A stretch of 64,000 nt of DNA from assembly GCA_030141605.1 (NCBI GenBank), contig JAQGDQ010000008.1, positions 868,001 through 932,000 of the forward strand, given 5' to 3'. The first letter of the stretch is position 1, and each line of letters starts with the position of its first letter. This document shows positions 23,801-32,907 of this stretch, piece by piece. The DNA is from Tubiluchus corallicola. Taxonomy: Eukaryota; Animalia; Priapulida. Under the pieces are notes generated by a model, which was given only the letters and a program-made list of their open reading frames with translations, had not been told where the DNA came from and did not search any database. The translations under genes and the position numbers were made by a program.

Positions 23801-24156
23801 AGTAACTTGTTTTTAATTTCTGCTTATTTGAAACTACCTAGTTAGAACAGAAGTACATTATGCTGTCATAAATTAGGAATTGAGTATATTGTGCTGTTTA
23901 TCATTGACAGTTTTTGTCTGTATTAATTCATTGCAGCGTGCTGACTCAGATATTTCCACCATGTTGGGAAGTTGAACAACAGGTGGCGCAGCATCAGCGC
24001 AGTTGGGCGCACGTCCAGTCAGTGTGGCAGAAAAAACGAACAAAAACGGGAACATCACTGGATATTTTTGCCGATGAAGAGCTGGAGAAACTTGTGCAGC
24101 GACATCTATCAGAACACGGCACTAATAGCTCAAACGGCAGAATTGATACAGAATGA
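2801..24156 (+). CDS. PDE2A: cGMP-dependent (cGMP-stimulated) 3',5'-cyclic phosphodiesterase 2A-like, GAF-A/GAF-B/catalytic; spliced, 5'-partial
   Basis: GT-AG exons that join in phase: 2801-2860, 4404-4509, 5068-5120, 6144-6260, 7948-8016, 8969-9099, 9791-9902, 10124-10163, 13372-13435, 14065-14242 (alt donor 14158), 16394-16524, 17105-17139, 18298-18410, 19066-19143, 19564-19686, 20025-20218, 20409-20487, 20931-21062, 21478-21577, 21759-21871, 22263-22408, 23937-24156 (TGA). Translation has PDE2-specific segments ([78 protein letters not shown]) and PDE catalytic motifs ([47 protein letters not shown]). Confidence 0.95.
3172..3250 (+). repeat. Interstitial telomere-like hexamer tract (TTAGGC/TTAGGA/TTAGGG variants) in PDE2 intron
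   Basis: Direct reading: ttaggc ttaggc ttaggc ttagga ttagga ttaggg tttggg gtaggg ttaggg ttaagg ttaggg ttagag. Confidence 0.85.
3315..3579. repeat. Perfect 20-bp inverted repeat pair (possible MITE remnant)
   Basis: aataaaaatagatggcttaa (3315-3334) is the exact reverse complement of ttaagccatctatttttatt (3560-3579). Confidence 0.7.
5068..10163 (+). CDS. PDE2A: PDE2 GAF-A domain and linker helix exons (6 exons)
   Basis: Exons encode ...[18 protein letters not shown] / [34 protein letters not shown] / [15 protein letters not shown] / [13 protein letters not shown], collinear with PDE2A GAF-A as recalled. Confidence 0.9.
7405..7657 (+). mobile_element. Degenerate non-autonomous Helitron/Helentron-like element
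   Basis: Has a (TG)n tract, 'aaacttggcatatgg', 'gtcaaaatttaggtcaca' and a 3' end '...ctctacacttctattgagtatgttCTAGt', the layout of common invertebrate Helitron-like short elements (recalled, not searched). Confidence 0.45.
10124..12631 (+). CDS. Extended (read-through) form of PDE2 exon 10124-10163: 822 extra in-frame codons, acidic Ser/Glu/Lys/Pro-rich low-complexity protein with internal repeats; putative alternative terminal or giant exon
   Basis: 839-aa ORF 10112-12631 in the ORF track. Residues 5-17 are the PDE2 exon (acceptor tttcag at 10123). The frame passes through the G|gtgagt donor with no stop for about 2.5 kb in otherwise stop-rich AT-rich intron DNA. Internal repeat periods (66, 60, 111 nt) are all multiples of 3. 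Confidence 0.75.
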   Translation, partial: TLLHVAKNLFTHLGEYSLSAPCEESLSFPVFHSGHIGLRLQHSLHHDSSSGLDSLTRRLSIIRKNTPLIHSTTEDLSTIEESAESARSSVEFDGKSFICDCEVEQEIKDVRPKSKSLEERKLPLVEQEIKDVRPKSKSLEERKLPLVSGPESLHLFSKPHEPTMKDSKEKQPVLPIQTLSEPETNDSEIKQPLLNFPKPSELEMKESEKKEPLLSLPETSDLETKDLGKKEPLFSFTKPSKPEMKDSETKEQLLFFPEPSKSEVKESETKEPLFPISKPSESETENSESKNPLFPVQEASEPEIKDSETRMKNFFDLDDDQSSGEDDWCLSEPSMEMIPVLPPVKKTGGETKRTATARSPVISSYSYTPRIENFAPPPARPPVEFDIEDTIVPEVLNKPVRKRFRILPHIDTNPDLPPKLLHEDDADADLAIQQRVFINSQITKQNKVATRVTGSPEAGTSKPHAIIGRIEPYHPLPSPKRKARAETVAKSPSDNNAPSKPKSAKHLIEKDSAGSYGVDNASVNRIFDHVRWKGEMSTLTGRISAAERIKDDLEKSLKASSDSDSENTPTEKEPMTVVCKNEAAELAAGTASSCRDAPIISSLTSDNLPHSDSFLQFCNDTFSDDSFETAVSQITADHSLENDAIESSVVNKIVVNVAEDEAVATTAATQITADHSLENDVTETSVVNKIVVNVAEGEAAVSGSFETFFPPDEKHTKSLDAAESSRMLCVNQGIKLSHASIEELIVTQVPTRQRILSRGLLKSTEFSTEFLERLSRIRSSTETSMKRSSSGFVIPPLKCWPLHVVYPGIMFRSIENKCQQFQCIPECFPVNGIFL
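10430..10561 (+). repeat. Perfect 66-bp tandem duplication ([22 protein letters not shown] x2) in the read-through ORF
   Basis: Identical units at 10430-10495 and 10496-10561. Confidence 0.95.
10585..11050 (+). repeat. About 8 diverged copies of a 60-bp (20-aa) coding repeat, consensus approx. [19 protein letters not shown]
   Basis: Consecutive 60-nt sequence lines 10621-11040 align column-wise with no indels. Confidence 0.92.
12020..12225 (+). repeat. 111-bp (37-aa) tandem duplication [25 protein letters not shown]
   Basis: caaattacagctgatcattcgctagagaatgatg begins at both 12020 and 12131. Confidence 0.92.
13372..19143 (+). CDS. PDE2A: PDE2 GAF-B (cGMP-binding) domain exons and following helix
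   Basis: [29 protein letters not shown]...ELVAKVFDG...[17 protein letters not shown]...[18 protein letters not shown] (intact NK..F..DE motif)...[13 protein letters not shown]. Confidence 0.93.
13631..13970 (+). repeat. Degenerate ~37-bp minisatellite (about 9-10 units) resembling the downstream 3' splice site
   Basis: Unit approx. ttcttacaggtgtactaaacatgtaaagaacatgcaa; compare the true acceptor tgcaattcttgcag|gtgctc at 14064|14065. Confidence 0.85.
14300..16280. mobile_element. Degenerate Tc1/mariner-superfamily (Tigger/pogo-like) DNA transposon relic
   Basis: Left end TATAGTGAGTGCTCACCTAACGTC matches the reverse complement of the right end (TACAGTAAGTCCTCGCTTAACGAC) at 18/24. Ends are TA-flanked CAGT type, with repeated subterminal TTAACGAC motifs (around 15860-15925 and 16210-16265). 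No intact transposase ORF. Confidence 0.55.
16605..16830 (-). mobile_element. 5S rRNA-derived SINE-like repeat copy
   Basis: ggtcatccatccattcactgaccagcctggcacttatttaactt is a diverged reverse complement of the 5S internal promoter region (AAGCTAAGCAG...GGTTAGTACTTGGATGGGAGACC). The body (caggaccagaatc...attatcaagg...tttggatgtga) recurs near 37590, 56722, 58320 and 62530. Confidence 0.6.
19564..24156 (+). CDS. PDE2A: PDE2 catalytic domain exons and stop codon
   Basis: Metal-binding His/Asp motifs YHNWFH, HDLDH, DLSD and the invariant Gln in IPQLQINF. Last exon 23937-24156 ends in TGA. Confidence 0.95.
22540..23795. mobile_element. Non-autonomous hAT-family DNA transposon (about 1.26 kb) in the last PDE2 intron
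   Basis: TIRs TAGTGATGGGAATC / GATTCCCGTCACTG; 8-bp target-site duplication cagcaggt (22532-22539) / cagcaagt (23796-23803); subterminal ATCG/CGAT-rich repeats at both ends. Confidence 0.8.
23570..23619. repeat. (TAATAC)n microsatellite
   Basis: About 8 tandem taatac units. Confidence 0.9.
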
Positions 24157-25968
24157 GCAGCACAGATATATAATTTATTGCATGGCGGATATTGTATTAA
24201 TGGACGCAAAAGATGAGTTAATTGGTTTTGTAATGGGTAGTTAAAACCATGGAGCCTATGTGTTTATGTAAATATTTTGGTGTGTACATAGATGAAACAA
24301 TGATGTTACTTTCCTCTGAGAACATATTTTGCTAGATTCTGTATTGCACTTAGAATGAAATCCAATGATCATAGTCTATGTTAGGGAAGTGAGAATTATA
24401 AATGCGTAACAATCGCTGTGAATAATTTTGCGGCACGGTTTCAAGATGAGAAAAATATTATTTGTTGTTATATTATATATCACTAAGTTCAAAAACCTCT
24501 TAATCTAGCTACAGTGTCCACACTCGAAAATCACGAACAGGTATCCACTGCACAGCAGGGAGAGAAAAAGTATAGCTTACGCAATACTAAACTGCTTGTA
24601 CAGATTCACATCTTCCCATCTTGAATCCACAATTCCAATCATATCATTTGATTTTAAGTTCCTAACCTTTAACCTCGGGCCTACTTTTTGTAAATAGCAT
24701 ATACAAAAAATGCTTGTGTAGTAACTGCTACTGTGAAGCTACTATTAAATTCTTATTTTCCCAGACACTTGTTTCCGTAGAAGTTATAATTAGTAATTCA
24801 TACTATAAGTGTGTAGGTATCTGTTTTTAATCCAATAGTCAGCTACACTGGAACCTTTCCTTCAGATATTTTTTACTTGTATCTATCTTGTTACTAGAGT
24901 CAGGTGACAATGATGATTACGGTATATATATGTTGTTATCCTACCATACGTTGTTATGTATAGTACCAAATTTTTAATTGTGGCTGTTTTCAGCAAGCTT
25001 AGCTTGAAACTGTTTTTTTGATGTTTTCCTGTTAGCTTCTCGGATTTGTTATTGATTGCAGACAGTGATGACTGTAGTGGTGTGGTTTAGTGTCAAGTTT
25101 AGACTTCAAAAATGAGAATAAGGTCATCATTGGAGACATGGAGTAGTATGTTTTATGTTATTCTGTGTGTTAATATTTTTTGTACCTAGGTTACACACTA
25201 CTGGTTAATCAACTTTGTCATTTGTTAATTATATTACTACAGTATGAAATTGCTTGCAACATCATCAAAAGGCAGTTTTATTTATATATAGGCTTTGCAT
25301 TTACAATACAAACTGTATTGGAATAGAGTTGCTTTTATATATTTTTGCTGTTAGTTGTTAGATTGCAGACCGCTAGATGAACGTTGGCTCAAGGAGTTCA
25401 ACACTGCTATATATTTATATACATTGCATAATAATCAATATTTCTGTCTAAATGTATACTGTGTCTCGTCTTGTTCAACATTATGATTTCTAGTGTTTCT
25501 GAAACACCAAGGTATTTTGTAGTTGCACAGTGTTGCATGTATTTATTATTAGGCATACAAAACTATAGGATGTCAAGCAATGATTGATCCATCTTGTATG
25601 AAAAACACAAAAGGAATAAATAGTTTGACAGAGCCATGAAGAAGAGCATTTAATTTTGTCTAATGAACACAAATTTTAACATCTAGTATTGCTGCCATTC
25701 GCAGCTCTGATAACCATTAATCAGTGAGTGATGTAACCGTAGGAGCTTCTCAAAGAGGCTGGTCGTATGTTGTTTATTCAAGAATTCATCAATTTTTTTT
25801 ATTTTTGGAAATGAAAACGTATAAGTATTTATTCATAGTATTAAAACATTTCTTGACATCCTGTAGTGTATGCATTGCCCCATTATCTGTTTTTGACTTG
25901 ACGTTTAATTCTATGAATGTCAAACGTTTCTTCATTTTTTTTCAAATAATATCTTCGTAGTCATGAAA

Positions 25969-25974
25969 AATAAA
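25969..25974 (+). promoter_or_regulatory. Candidate polyadenylation signal for PDE2 (AATAAA)
   Basis: AATAAA about 1.8 kb downstream of the stop, just before the minisatellite. Position only, no transcript evidence. Confidence 0.35.
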
Positions 25975-25999
25975 GTGTTCACAGTGAGGCAAATATATT

Positions 26000-26570
26000 G
26001 CGCAAGAGTTTTCACCAAGGTAAAAGTATGGCATAAGAGTTTACACCAAGGTAAAAGTACGGCATAAAAGTTTACACCAAGATAAAAGTATGGCATAAGA
26101 GTTTACACCAAGGTAAAAGTGTCGCATAAGAGTTTACACCAAGGTAAAAGTGTCGCATAAGAGTTTACACCAAGATAAAAGTGTCGCATAAGAGTTTACA
26201 CCAAGGTAAAAGTGTCGCATAAGAGTTTACACCAAGGTAAAAGTGTCGCATAAGAGTTTACACCAAGGTAAAAGTATGGCATAAGAGTTTACACCAAGGT
26301 AAAAGTGTGGCATAAGAGTTTACACCAAGGTAAAAGTGTCGCATAAGAGTTTACACCAAGGTAAAAGTGTCGCATAAGAGTTTACACCAAGATAAAAGTG
26401 TCGCATAAGAGTTTACACCAAGGTAAAAGTATGGCATAAGAGTTTACACCAAGGTAAAAGTGTCGCATAAGAGTTTACACCAAGGTAAAAGTGTCGCATA
26501 AGAGTTTACACCAAGGTAAAAGTGTCGCATAAGAGTTTACACCAAGATAAGTGTGGCATAAGACCAAGGT
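26000..26570. repeat. 31-bp minisatellite, about 18 copies (cataagagtttacaccaaggtaaaagtgtcg)
   Basis: Exact 31-nt periodicity (e.g. gtttacacca at 26101 and 26132) with few variant positions (gtgtcg/gtatgg, aagg/aaga). Confidence 0.97.
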
Positions 26571-26981
26571 AACTCAAGTGTTCACAGTATACGCTATGCA
26601 AAATTTTGTTTTTTCGTTTTGTTAGAAGCTAATGGTTACAGCATTTACATACACCGCTAATTCTGAGTAATTAAAGTTCATTCTCTCATAAGAATTGTCC
26701 TTTTCTTACATTTTAGAATGTTGAAAGATTTATTCTGAATTTTAAAATGTTTGCACAAAAACGAAATATTTCATACCAGTTTTGTAGGCAGCGTTTCCAT
26801 TGTCACTCACATTTTGTGTATTTTGATATGTTTCAGATGTTATTTATGTGGATTTAATTATTTCTTTCATCACTTAATAAATGATACATTATTTGCAAAT
26901 TTATTTATAATAATTTATGAGCTTTGTTTTAAATGCGTTTAAATGGGAGGATCTAAATGGTGATGGTATTTGTTTGACGAA

Positions 26982-27145
26982 ACTGCTGCATCGGGGCGGT
27001 TTGTCTGGAGTTATCTCATTACCAGCTGGTCTTTCAAGACTGAAACTTGACAAAACCAGAATCACTGCTGCATCGGGGCGGTTTGTCTGGAGTTATCTCA
27101 TTACCAGCTGGTCTTTCAAGACTGAAACTTGACAAAACCAGAATC
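26982..27145. repeat. Perfect 82-bp tandem duplication
   Basis: actgctgcatcggggcgg...gacaaaaccagaatc occurs at 26982-27063 and 27064-27145. Confidence 0.95.
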
Positions 27146-27613
27146 AATCAATGATCAGTACACTAGAGAATTTAGAGTCTGCATAAATTATATTTACATG
27201 AATAACAATAAATCAAATTTAACTCGCTCGTACGCTGCTAAAGTACACTGTGTAAACATATAATAATAAAAATGTGGATCACCATGCCGGACCAGCTTGC
27301 CTTACAATATTATTTTTATGCAAGAAAGTTCCAAAGAACAATTTAACGAAATCATTTCGATGCAACATTAATTTTTTTCAAAACACAAACGGTCCTGTTC
27401 ATACCTTCCTAAATCCAATCATGAAAACTGAAACAGAGTTAAATTTGGCAAACAAATACGAAGGTGTGCAGGGAATTAAAAAATAGCTTTAATTACTTTG
27501 ACGGGTGAAAGAGTTAAACAAAAGATAAATTCTGCTTTGACTTGGTAACTTGCTAACCAACAATGTGCATTCTTAACTCACACTCAGAAGCTACAAAAGT
27601 TGTGAAAATGCTC

Positions 27614-30600
27614 TTATTCAGAATCGGGCACGATAATGACATCGCTGTTCACGCTGTCGTCATCGCTACCGTCACTGTCGTTGCTGGAGTCGACTACAAC
27701 GTCACCGCTCAATGCTATGCGTGCGTAATCATCTGTATCAATTGACTTGCAGAAGTGTATGGCGTACTTGAGTTTCTCGCGTAGCACATCTTTACAAGAA
27801 TACCGAGGCATCTTCAGCAGGAAGAAGCAGGTGTAGCTTTCCGGGAGAAAGTCGTCTGCGGGGTTGTATTTATCCAGCACCTAAAATGTAAAGTGAAAAC
27901 GTACATACACACACGCGGACACCCACATATACATTTTATACACGATTAACCCTCGGCTACCTGGAATGTGGTGTTTTGCAAGTGTGTTTATTCAGTTATA
28001 TCATTTTTGCATGAAGTCGCCAGTACCTGTCCTCTTCTGTGTTTAAACGACTATCTGTCTGCTATAAGCAAATGTCATTTGACCTCTTACGTGTCACTTA
28101 CTCTCGCTATAATAGTAATCACAACACCATGAGGTATTGCTGTCACATTGACTTTCTCCATTATTTGATATAGGCAAAAGTAACCTAATGCTAAATATTT
28201 TTGTTGCGTGTTACCTGGCTTTGAAATTTACCACTGTTGTGGAAAAATGACCTATATTAGGCCTTGGAGGTCTAATTAAGTAAAGTAACCTAATTCACCA
28301 AATAAAACATGTATTCTGCTGACTTTATTGGAATCTTTCACATGTCAGCTTGATACAGCACATGCCAACATAGAAGTCAAGGATATGATGTAGATTTACC
28401 GACCAGCGGAACAGAAGGGGTACAGTAGTATTTGCTCTGTATTTAAGTACGGTGCATTTATATCTCATTGCCAATATTCATGTGACAACGAAATACTTCC
28501 AGTGGCACAGAAAATTCACCACCAGTTCCTTCAAAGGCAACAAAAGTGGAAATGTTATTTGCATTAATGAACTTGCATTCTTAAACAATACTGAGCTGCT
28601 GACACTAAAGGTAACACAACAAAAAGTAGATGCACAGCATCAAATGACCAAAAAAGGATTTGTACTGGGAAACTAATGAAGCACCATCAACAAAAAGAGA
28701 CGACTTGTGTGACTAGGACATGCAAACTATAAACTTTGTTTAAATCTTAAATTACACTGATGTAATAGCTAATATTTTTATCTACACTAGATGAATAAAA
28801 AAGACACAGTAAGAAACAGAAATTTGTAGAGAAAGAAGGCAGTAAGAACAATGTCAACAGCGTATTTGCTATACATAGATAGATCGATAATATAAAGTAA
28901 CCTGATTTTTAAAGGCAGTACCCACACTGAACATTAATTTCTCTTTTCACTACATACTTGTAAAACGAAATCACGGCCCCGGAAGTCTGGTATAGTTCTT
29001 GGCAGTCGTGTTCTGCCCCAGACAAAGCGCAGGAACAATGAACGTTCATTATTAGTAAACTCTTCCATTGTTTCCCAGAACCAACGTACTAGAGGTGCAG
29101 TCGCTTCAACACCTTTGTAAGTCGCCACTGACTTTAGCAAGCTGATAGAAATTTCTGGACTCCCACAAACCTGCAATTAGATTAAATAAAATTGATCTGT
29201 TACTAAACAAATGATCTTACAACCCAAAGCATCATCACTTACATCTATGTGTAATAACAATGATCGTGAAAATAATGAAAGACATCGCAGATGGTTTAAA
29301 ATTACTGTTAGGGCGCTGACAAATAAAGCAGCTTTCATAACTATAGACCGCTGTAATAATTTCAGTTGGCAATTATAATCACAAGAATTTTTGTAACACA
29401 CCACAAATAGTTTTTTAGACACTCCTTACTGGTAACAAAACAGAATTTGTTTCGTTGTCATATTTCATGTCTTACTCATCTACTTCACAATTAGACCTGA
29501 TAATGGCAACCTTGCTGTTTCGGCGTTTTGATAATTTAATGATATTTCATATTAGGTGAATAGGAATAACGCTAAAACAGTGGCTTATGGGAATTAATTG
29601 CGACACAAATACTTTTTCTTTTTTTTGAATCAGTATGCTACGTAGTGTTCCAGAAACATTTGTGTCGCAATTAATTCTCAAAAAATTGTTCTCCTACTTG
29701 CCTATATGTATGATTTTCTTTTCTCCTACCGGATGACAGTGAGTCGATTTTTCATTTTTTGTTATTGTTTAGAAGTGCGACAAAATATTCAAAATATTGG
29801 TGTTTAAACATTTCTAAGCGTTCATAACAGCAATATCTAATACGAGAAGAACTAATTACTGATATAGCTGTAACTGTTGTTATCAACGAAAATTTCATCG
29901 GTTTTTGCACAATTTGAACTATTTTTGGAAAATACATAAAAATGTCTGCCATAAATTCCAGTCATGTCATTTGACCAGTTATGTCAAAATTCATAACCGC
30001 TATGATAGCCTTACTAGCCAATTAGTGACTATTAGTAACTTATACTCACCATCGTCTCTAACTCATATCCTGTGAAAAGAGACAGCAGGGGTACAGGTAT
30101 CACTTTTGTCATGCCTTCTCTTACTGCTGCTATTTGCTCATCAAATTCATGTAGCCTATGAAAAGATTAAGTCTGAAGACATTGCAAGGATAAACATTTA
30201 GTGTAAAGAAAACCATTGGGACAAACAGATTGACAGAAAAACAGGTAAATCTTTTGGTTTTAGACAGTGAAAGGCACCGAAAACTATCATAATTAAAGAC
30301 AGCCAAATAGTTTACCCATCAATAGGATTATAATCAATAATGCACAACAATTGTACACAGTTTTTGTTTCCTATCTTTACGTTTTAATAGGTTGGTAGAT
30401 TATTTGTATTTGCAAAAATAAAAGCCAGGTTATATGTAAATGTCTTAAACAACCTGTAACTCATGATGATGTCACAACAATGAAAAGACATGTACTTCCC
30501 TAGCAAGACTTCAACAACAGAAAACCAAGAACTAAGTTGTACTCATTCGCCCGGAAGAGCTATTTTTGAAAGACACCTGCCAAGTCTTGTACATGACCAT

Positions 30601-32907
30601 CACAAAGCACCATGTGGATGCTAATCTACAATTTTCAGCAAATTTTAAGAGTGTAGGTTTGGTAAAATGGTTTGACGACTTTTACAAAAAAAGGAAAAAT
30701 AGCTATTTTTGGAGGTTTTCGCTCTTCATTTGTCACAATGATGAAAAATAAATGATCATTCAGAAGACATTCGAGTGAGCCCCTTCAATTGTAGCATGAA
30801 TTGTCAGTATTGGAGATGTTACGATGACAACAAAACGACACTAATGCGTTATTTACCAACTATTTGTTATTACTAATTGATTTACCAAAGAAAGAATACC
30901 TGTAGTTCAAAGCAAGTCTGACATACTCATGTCGATTTTCTGTATTCACTCGTGTGTGCCTATGACTGAGCTGAACCTCTGCACCAGATGCACTCGGAGT
31001 ACCAAATGGCATTTCCATGCTTTCAAAAATCTTCGGATCCGTGTCCATGTCGCGAATGCACAGCAAACCTAAAACATAACGAGTTGTGTTTCACAAATTA
31101 CCAGTACACCAGAGTACAGTACTACTGAGAAACTGAAACCAGTAGTGAAACATGAAAGAAGATGGTAAACATCACAAGGAATTCACTAAGAACTAAATCT
31201 ACTTCTTACAATTACAGATTTTGCAATTCTAGTACCGAAAAAGGTCAATGATTGGGGACCTTCTAAAAAAGTACAACTAATGCTGGAAATGAACAGTCTA
31301 AAATGAAGGATTTCAATTATTACGAAATTAAAACACAAAAATTATTAATTGTAATGTTAAATTCTGCTGCACAACAAAGAAAGAATATGACATAACGCAA
31401 TACATGGTATTTGTTTTAAAGCAACTAAAGAACATGAAATAACACAAAGCAACGGAAGACAATGCAGTGCAAAATAACTTGATACCTGGAACATAATCTT
31501 TGTCAACTTCAGTTAAATCAGCTGGCGTCAGTGACATCCCTGCTAGCTGCTTCCACACAGGTTCAGCAATATTCAGACTAAGAGGACTACCTGTGCGTAT
31601 TGCTATGCCCATTAAAATACCTGTAATTAATAAATTACTACAGGTAACAAAAACAGATGCACAGCAAAACCACGTAAGATGCAACTATGTACACCAAAAA
31701 ACAATAAACTGCTCTTACCTAGAAAATGCAGCATGCTTTTTTGCATGTGCGACTTTGTTTGGGGATTTAGAAGAAAACAGTCTTGATTTGTGCCCGATTC
31801 CTCACGTGCATTAGGGGTGGGAATAAGGAGAGGGGTGGAACCATTCTGCAGTTCATCACACATCTCGGCAATTGATTCGCTGTATCCACCCCCACAATCG
31901 TCGACACTCTCGCCTATGAAAACAATTTGTTTTGTTTTTTAACATTAAATAAATAAATTTAGTGAAATAAATTTTATAAATCAAAAATCAAATTATTAAT
32001 AGCTAATACTGATAATTCAAAGGGAATTTCGTGTGGTTTAGTTTACGTAGAATAATGCGGGGTAACCTGAGCTGGTCCCTCAACCTGTTGCTTCTACCTA
32101 GGACATTCTCATATGCAGAACAGCTTAATAATCTAATTTTTTCTTATGGGCTTCTTACTCGTGGAATTCTTTACCAGAAAATTGTGCATCTGCTTCAACA
32201 GCAATATGAACAGGTACCTTCTATTATCAGTAAAAGCAGTTATAAGGATTCTATTTCACCGGACATGCATTCATATATCCAAATTTCTACTACATTACCT
32301 TGAGTGGCCACTGGCCCTGTTTGAGGTGATGTGTATGAAAAAAATTTCTATGAAACAAATCATTTAATGTAGCTTTTAAACAAAATCATGGAAAAATATT
32401 CTTTCTATGTAAATTTTATGGTTTGCATTCACAATTACTAAAAAATTTTATGTCAAGATTCCACTGATTTTTTCATAAAATTTTACAACATTATTTAAAA
32501 AAATATATTCTTCATTAAAACTCTATACTGTGAGATTCATTCAAATTCTATACTGTGGGATTTTATATGAAAATACATTCACAAATTTGACAGTAGATCA
32601 GCTAGACAGTTTTTTGGTCAAGTTACAGTACTACTAAACAAAACATCCATGCACGCACATGCATGCACACACACACCCTCACGTACGCACGCATGCACAT
32701 ACACACACACACACACAGTGATCCATACGTTCAAAACAGAAATGCACATTATCTCAATACATTACCAACAAATTTGACTTTCCACACTCTATGAGGCAAA
32801 AGCAAGCTGTCTTGAGGACATGATGAAAGCTTAGTGCACATCTGACCAAATACAGACTTCATACCATCTACACCTGCCAAGCCACCCTTTGTACGCGATC
32901 TCTTCAC
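27614..32907 (-). CDS. HERC2: HERC2 HECT domain exons (catalytic Cys in ESYTCFF)
   Basis: ORFs 27614-27880, 28934-29176, 30860-31066, 31328-31684 and 31627-31863 contain HECT motifs ([45 protein letters not shown]). Confidence 0.95.

Noticed and set aside
26000-26570. Possible CRISPR array (31-bp periodic repeat)
   Set aside because: Units are directly adjacent with no unique spacers, there are no cas genes, and the context is eukaryotic. It is a minisatellite.
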